This document shows, piece by piece, positions 60,434-64,000 of a stretch of DNA of 64,000 bases. The DNA is from Gemmatimonadota bacterium. Its GTDB lineage: Bacteria; Gemmatimonadota; Gemmatimonadetes; Gemmatimonadales; GWC2-71-9. Where the stretch lies: assembly GCA_022562295.1 (NCBI GenBank), contig JADFPO010000004.1, positions 639-64,638 of the forward strand, given 5' to 3'. Position 1 is the first letter of the stretch. The number at the start of each line of letters is the position of its first letter. The notes under the pieces are model-generated. The model ran no database searches. It worked only from the letters and a program-made list of their open reading frames with translations, and was not told the DNA's origin. The translations under genes were made by a program, and so were the position numbers.

Positions 60434-62611
60434 ATGAACATCGACACGAGCTTTCTCCGCACCAGGGTGGCGCGCCGCATTGTGGCGCTGTTCTTCATGT
60501 GCGCCCTTCTTCCGACCAGCGTGCTAGCAGTAGTGGCGTTTGGCTATGTGACCAGCCAATTGAACGCCCACGGCCGGGAGCGTCTCGAGGAAATCGGCCG
60601 GCTGACCAAGGATGCCCTCTTGGAGCGGCTGATGTCACTACAAACCAACGTTGGGATCCTGGCCTCCGGGATCGCCAATGGCGTCCCAACCGGGCCGTCA
60701 GACACGGCCATGAGCGCGCGCTTCGTTGCCGCGTCGCTGCATCTTGACGGTCGCTCCCCGACGGCGGTGTTGGGAAATCCGCGGTTTTTCCCTCAGCCCG
60801 AGGATGCCGTCCGGCGGCAGCTACACTCAGGCTCCACCATAGTGTTGAGCGAGAGCAGCTCGGACGCAATGGACCGGCCGGGCATTCTCATGGGACGGGC
60901 GTTGGACTTGGCCGACTCAGAAGGGGGAATCCTGTGGGCCGAGATCGATCCCGAGTACCTGGCCACCGGTGGAGAGTTTCTGCCGCGCCGAACGGAGTTG
61001 TGCGTTTTCAATGCGGCCAAACGGCCACTGTACTGCTCGCTGCCAATCAGTGAAGCGATCTTGGACCGGCTCAACGTCGAAATCGCGTCACGACCCATCG
61101 GCGAGGCGGACCGCGGCCATTTCGAGTGGACCTACCAGGGCGAGCAGTATGCGGCTTGGTACCAATCGGTGTTTCTGAGGGCGTGGTCGGCGCCTGACTG
61201 GACCATCGTGATCAGCGAACCCAAGGCAGCGGTGCTGGCCGGGAGGGCTGATTTCTGGAAGTTCTTCATGCGTGTGGTGATACTGGCGCTTCTCGTCGTC
61301 ATGCTCGCGAGCTATGTGCAAATCCGCAAGAGCATGGCTCCGCTCGTCGAGCTGCAGAGCGGGACGCGGCGTATCGCCCAGCGGGACTTCGACTCTCCGG
61401 TGCAGGTAGCCAGCGGGGATGAGTTCGAGGACCTGGCTAACTCGTTCAACGAGATGGCCGGGACGTTGCGCAAGCAATTCAGCGCCCTCACGGCTATCAA
61501 CGAGATCGATCGGGCCGTTCTTGCGGGCTTGAACATCGACACGATCATAGACACGATACTTTCCGCCACCCAACGAGTGATGGCCTGCGACGGTCTCAGC
61601 GTCAGCCTCGCAGTGCCGAACGGGGACGGACAGTGGAAGCTCGCCGCCATCGCCGCGTCATCGGACGAAAAAGTGGTCCGCGACATCCGGATCAGTGCGC
61701 GAGCCGCCGAGCAGTTTTCCGCGAATCCCACCCATCTTTGGCTGGACGGTGAGGAGCCCAAGCCCAGTTACGCGGATGTCTCATTGTTCGACGCGCACGG
61801 AATAAGGTCGTTTCTCGCCCTGCCTATCTACATGCGGGAGCAACTCGCGGGCGTGATCGCGCTGGGTTACCGGACCAAACCGGTTTTCAGCGATGAGGAC
61901 ATGGTACAGGCTCGGCAGCTAGCCGATCAGGTGGCCGTCGCCTTGTCCAACACCCGGCTCATCGAAGAATTGGACGCACTCAACGTCGGGGCGCTCACAG
62001 CGTTGGCACGCACCATCGACGCCAAATCGCACTGGACCTCAGGTCACTCCGAGAGGGTCACCAAAACGTCCCTCCTGGTGGCACAGCAGCTCGGATTGAC
62101 CGAGAAAGAGATGGAGATCATCAACCGCGGCGGTTTGCTTCACGACATCGGCAAGATCGGCATACCGCAGGACATTATCGACAAGCCTGCGAGGCTGACC
62201 GCGGAGGAAAGGCAGGTCATGCAGGATCACGTAACCGTCGGCGCTCGGATTCTGGAGCCGATCGCTGCGTACGCCGACGTCATCCCGATCGTGCTGCGGC
62301 ACCATGAGAAATTTGCCGGAGGCGGATACCCTGATGGCCTCGTGGGTGAGGAGATTGATTTCTACGCTCGAGTTTTGGCTGTGGGTGACGTATATGACGC
62401 GGTGACGTCTCCCCGTCCGTACCGAAGCGGGATGCCAACACCCGAGGCGATCGCCCTGATCGAGCACGAATCCGGCAACCATTTCGACCCGACGATCGTC
62501 GATGCGTTCTTGGCGGTTATGAAGCAGTCGCCGCTCGACGTAACCGAAGCGGTGGTGCCGGTGTATCGACCGGTAGACGCGGCAATCCGCCAGGTGGTGC
62601 AGCCGAGGTGA
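60434..62611 (+). CDS. Membrane sensor HD-GYP phosphodiesterase (periplasmic sensor - HAMP - GAF - HD-GYP)
   Basis: Two TM segments flank a ~250-aa loop, followed by a HAMP-like region (RRIAQRDFDSPVQVASGDEFEDLANSFNEMA) and a GAF-like region. HD-GYP motifs are HDIGKIGIP and HHEKFAGGGYPDGL. Confidence 0.85.
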   Translation: MNIDTSFLRTRVARRIVALFFMCALLPTSVLAVVAFGYVTSQLNAHGRERLEEIGRLTKDALLERLMSLQTNVGILASGIANGVPTGPSDTAMSARFVAASLHLDGRSPTAVLGNPRFFPQPEDAVRRQLHSGSTIVLSESSSDAMDRPGILMGRALDLADSEGGILWAEIDPEYLATGGEFLPRRTELCVFNAAKRPLYCSLPISEAILDRLNVEIASRPIGEADRGHFEWTYQGEQYAAWYQSVFLRAWSAPDWTIVISEPKAAVLAGRADFWKFFMRVVILALLVVMLASYVQIRKSMAPLVELQSGTRRIAQRDFDSPVQVASGDEFEDLANSFNEMAGTLRKQFSALTAINEIDRAVLAGLNIDTIIDTILSATQRVMACDGLSVSLAVPNGDGQWKLAAIAASSDEKVVRDIRISARAAEQFSANPTHLWLDGEEPKPSYADVSLFDAHGIRSFLALPIYMREQLAGVIALGYRTKPVFSDEDMVQARQLADQVAVALSNTRLIEELDALNVGALTALARTIDAKSHWTSGHSERVTKTSLLVAQQLGLTEKEMEIINRGGLLHDIGKIGIPQDIIDKPARLTAEERQVMQDHVTVGARILEPIAAYADVIPIVLRHHEKFAGGGYPDGLVGEEIDFYARVLAVGDVYDAVTSPRPYRSGMPTPEAIALIEHESGNHFDPTIVDAFLAVMKQSPLDVTEAVVPVYRPVDAAIRQVVQPR

Positions 62612-63168
62612 CGAGTGTGAAAAGACGAGACGCCGACAAGTCGGCGAGCCGGAAGGGCAAGCGGAGGAAGACTCCGCGCAATCTCTGGCAGTCGCCAGAA
62701 GTTCCAACGACGCGCGAGGAGCTAGCGGGCCTCGTGCAGGAGATCATTACCACCCAAGGCGCCGGTGTCAAACCTCCGGGCGCCAAGCTCCGGCGGAACC
62801 AGATCGCGTTCGCCGTGGCGGTCGTGTTGGCTCTCTCGGCGGCACCAATCGCGTGGGTCTTGTGGCCACGGTCCGTGGAGATTCCAGACGGCATGGTAGG
62901 CCGGTGGACGACCACTGTCCCCATGTACGCGGACCGCTCCTTCACCGTGGCTAAGGACTCAGTGACGTTTCTGACCAGTGCCCAGGACTCGACGATCTAC
63001 CCAATCCTGGACGTGCGATCCAAATCCGCTGAGCAGGGGACCGCTTATACCATCTACTACGCGTCGTTTGGGCAGGATCTGGAGTTCTCCGTGGTTTTCA
63101 CCGACGGGCCCGACCCGACGATCCAGTTCATCAACCAACGGGGGATGATCTGGAAGAAAAAGCGGTAA
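62608..63168 (+). CDS. Hypothetical single-pass membrane protein
   Basis: GTG 62608 forms a GTGA overlap with the HD-GYP stop. It has a basic N-terminus, one TM (IAFAVAVVLALSAAPIAWVLW) and a beta-rich C-domain. Third-position GC bias looks coding. Confidence 0.5.
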   Translation: MTSVKRRDADKSASRKGKRRKTPRNLWQSPEVPTTREELAGLVQEIITTQGAGVKPPGAKLRRNQIAFAVAVVLALSAAPIAWVLWPRSVEIPDGMVGRWTTTVPMYADRSFTVAKDSVTFLTSAQDSTIYPILDVRSKSAEQGTAYTIYYASFGQDLEFSVVFTDGPDPTIQFINQRGMIWKKKR

Positions 63169-63191
63169 CTGCACCGCTGCTCGTTGTCTGA

Positions 63192-63623
63192 CTATTCAAT
63201 CAGCAGAATGACCAACCCGCCTCCACCCAAAATCGGCCCCGAATGGGATTGCACGACGCGGGTCATGATTTCCGGGTTCGGGTTGCTGATTATGGAACCA
63301 ATGATCCTGGTGCCAGGGATGTCGATCGTGATCCATCCGTAGGTCGTTTCGCCATCCGAGAACGTAAACCCGTTTGGCAGCGACTCCTCCAGTCCAGCCG
63401 GAACGCTGCCGAAGGCCGTCGGAGGAAAACTTCCCGTCCGGGCGTAGAAGTCGAACGCGGCGGTTTCGATCGCATTGATATCGCCGACGACGACCGCCCC
63501 CCGGGCACGCAACTTGATCGCCTGATACGACGGAATGGCGATGTTGACCAGAATCGCGACAATCACCATCGTGATCAACACCTCGATCAGCGTAAATCCT
63601 TGGGCCTTCCGGTAGCGTTTCAT
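63192..63623 (-). CDS. Prepilin-type N-terminal cleavage/methylation domain protein (pilin/pseudopilin)
   Basis: MKRYRKAQG|FTLIEVLITMVIVAILVNIAIPSY is a canonical class III signal. Confidence 0.8.
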   Translation of the reverse strand: MKRYRKAQGFTLIEVLITMVIVAILVNIAIPSYQAIKLRARGAVVVGDINAIETAAFDFYARTGSFPPTAFGSVPAGLEESLPNGFTFSDGETTYGWITIDIPGTRIIGSIISNPNPEIMTRVVQSHSGPILGGGGLVILLIE

Positions 63624-64000
63624 TGGCTCCGAATCATCCTCATGACGGCCATCAGGTCGGGCAGTTCCTCGTCAGATCGGTAGGTCACCAAACCGGTGTC
63701 CGACGCCGCAACAAGCACATAACCAGTTCCAGTCACGCTGTATGCGACGCCGAAGCCGCCGGCACTAACGAACTCCAGACTCAGCGGCCATACACCGGTT
63801 GAATCCCGGTACCCGTTCACGGCCTGGGCTGCAACGTGTATGCCCACCAACGCCGTAGCTGCTCTTTGAGCAGGGCTCGCGGGCAGAGGCCGCGCCCCCG
63901 CCCCCACTCCCGCCGCCCGTGTCAAGTTCCACGCGGTCAACCCCACCGCGATCACCATGAGCACCGTGAGAACCGGAAGCAGGGTGCGTTGTGACGGCCC
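63620..64000 (-). CDS. Hypothetical membrane protein; the 5' end probably lies beyond the window
   Basis: The frame stays open to base 64000. There is a hydrophobic N-terminal segment (LLPVLTVLMVIAVGLTAW). Its stop overlaps the downstream pilin-like gene start. Confidence 0.4.
   Translation of the reverse strand, partial: GPSQRTLLPVLTVLMVIAVGLTAWNLTRAAGVGAGARPLPASPAQRAATALVGIHVAAQAVNGYRDSTGVWPLSLEFVSAGGFGVAYSVTGTGYVLVAASDTGLVTYRSDEELPDLMAVMRMIRSQ

Overview
This is a GC-rich chromosomal segment from a diderm bacterium, since Lpx, Lpt, Bam and Lol genes are all present. Finding McsAB-ClpC, BshC, a PorV-like barrel and DUF5683-like proteins alongside the LPS machinery suggests Gemmatimonadota or a neighbouring FCB-type lineage. 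That is only a guess and needs a database search.

Layout:
(i) 1.3-16.8 kb, plus strand: kdsB-pyrG-kdsA-kdsC-lptC-lptA-like-lptB-rpoN, then a five-gene membrane glycosylation set and dapF. Most junctions have overlapping stop and start codons.
(ii) 17.0-59.3 kb, minus strand: an almost gap-free train of about 45 mostly housekeeping genes. In transcription order these are response regulator, era, PorV-like barrel, GGDEF, prfB, lysS, lolCE/lolD, mcsA-mcsB-clpC, bamA-skp-lpxD-lpxC-fabZ-lpxA-lpxB-DUF374-lpxK, rlmH, bshC, murJ, uvrC, thrC, der, plsY, gpsA, surE, pcm and apt. Two tRNAs sit in this block, Arg-CCT and Gly-CCC.
(iii) 59.3-64 kb: a 655-bp non-coding gap, then a GspG-like pseudopilin, an HD-GYP sensor phosphodiesterase, a small membrane protein, and a convergent second prepilin-type gene.

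I saw no rRNA, CRISPR array, transposase, integrase or phage genes. The window looks like core genome, and I cannot point to a clear-cut novel multi-gene system.

The points most worth a second look are:
- a roughly 150-aa unexplained N-terminal extension on LptB, ending in a C9 tract
- a zinc-ribbon / Pro-Ala-rich gene split into two frames at a G7 tract
- a Firmicute-style mcsA-mcsB-clpC module, with no ctsR, abutting bamA, and with a G11 tract inside mcsA
- a SAM methyltransferase translationally coupled to bshC
- a polyprenol-sugar synthase / flippase-like / GT-C glycosylation set behind rpoN
- heptamer inverted-repeat arrays at 472-609
- the c-di-GMP / pseudopilin corner with its long non-coding leader
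- the canonical prfB +1 frameshift, which needs joining in annotation

All family assignments come from motif recognition by eye and from gene context. No searches were run.
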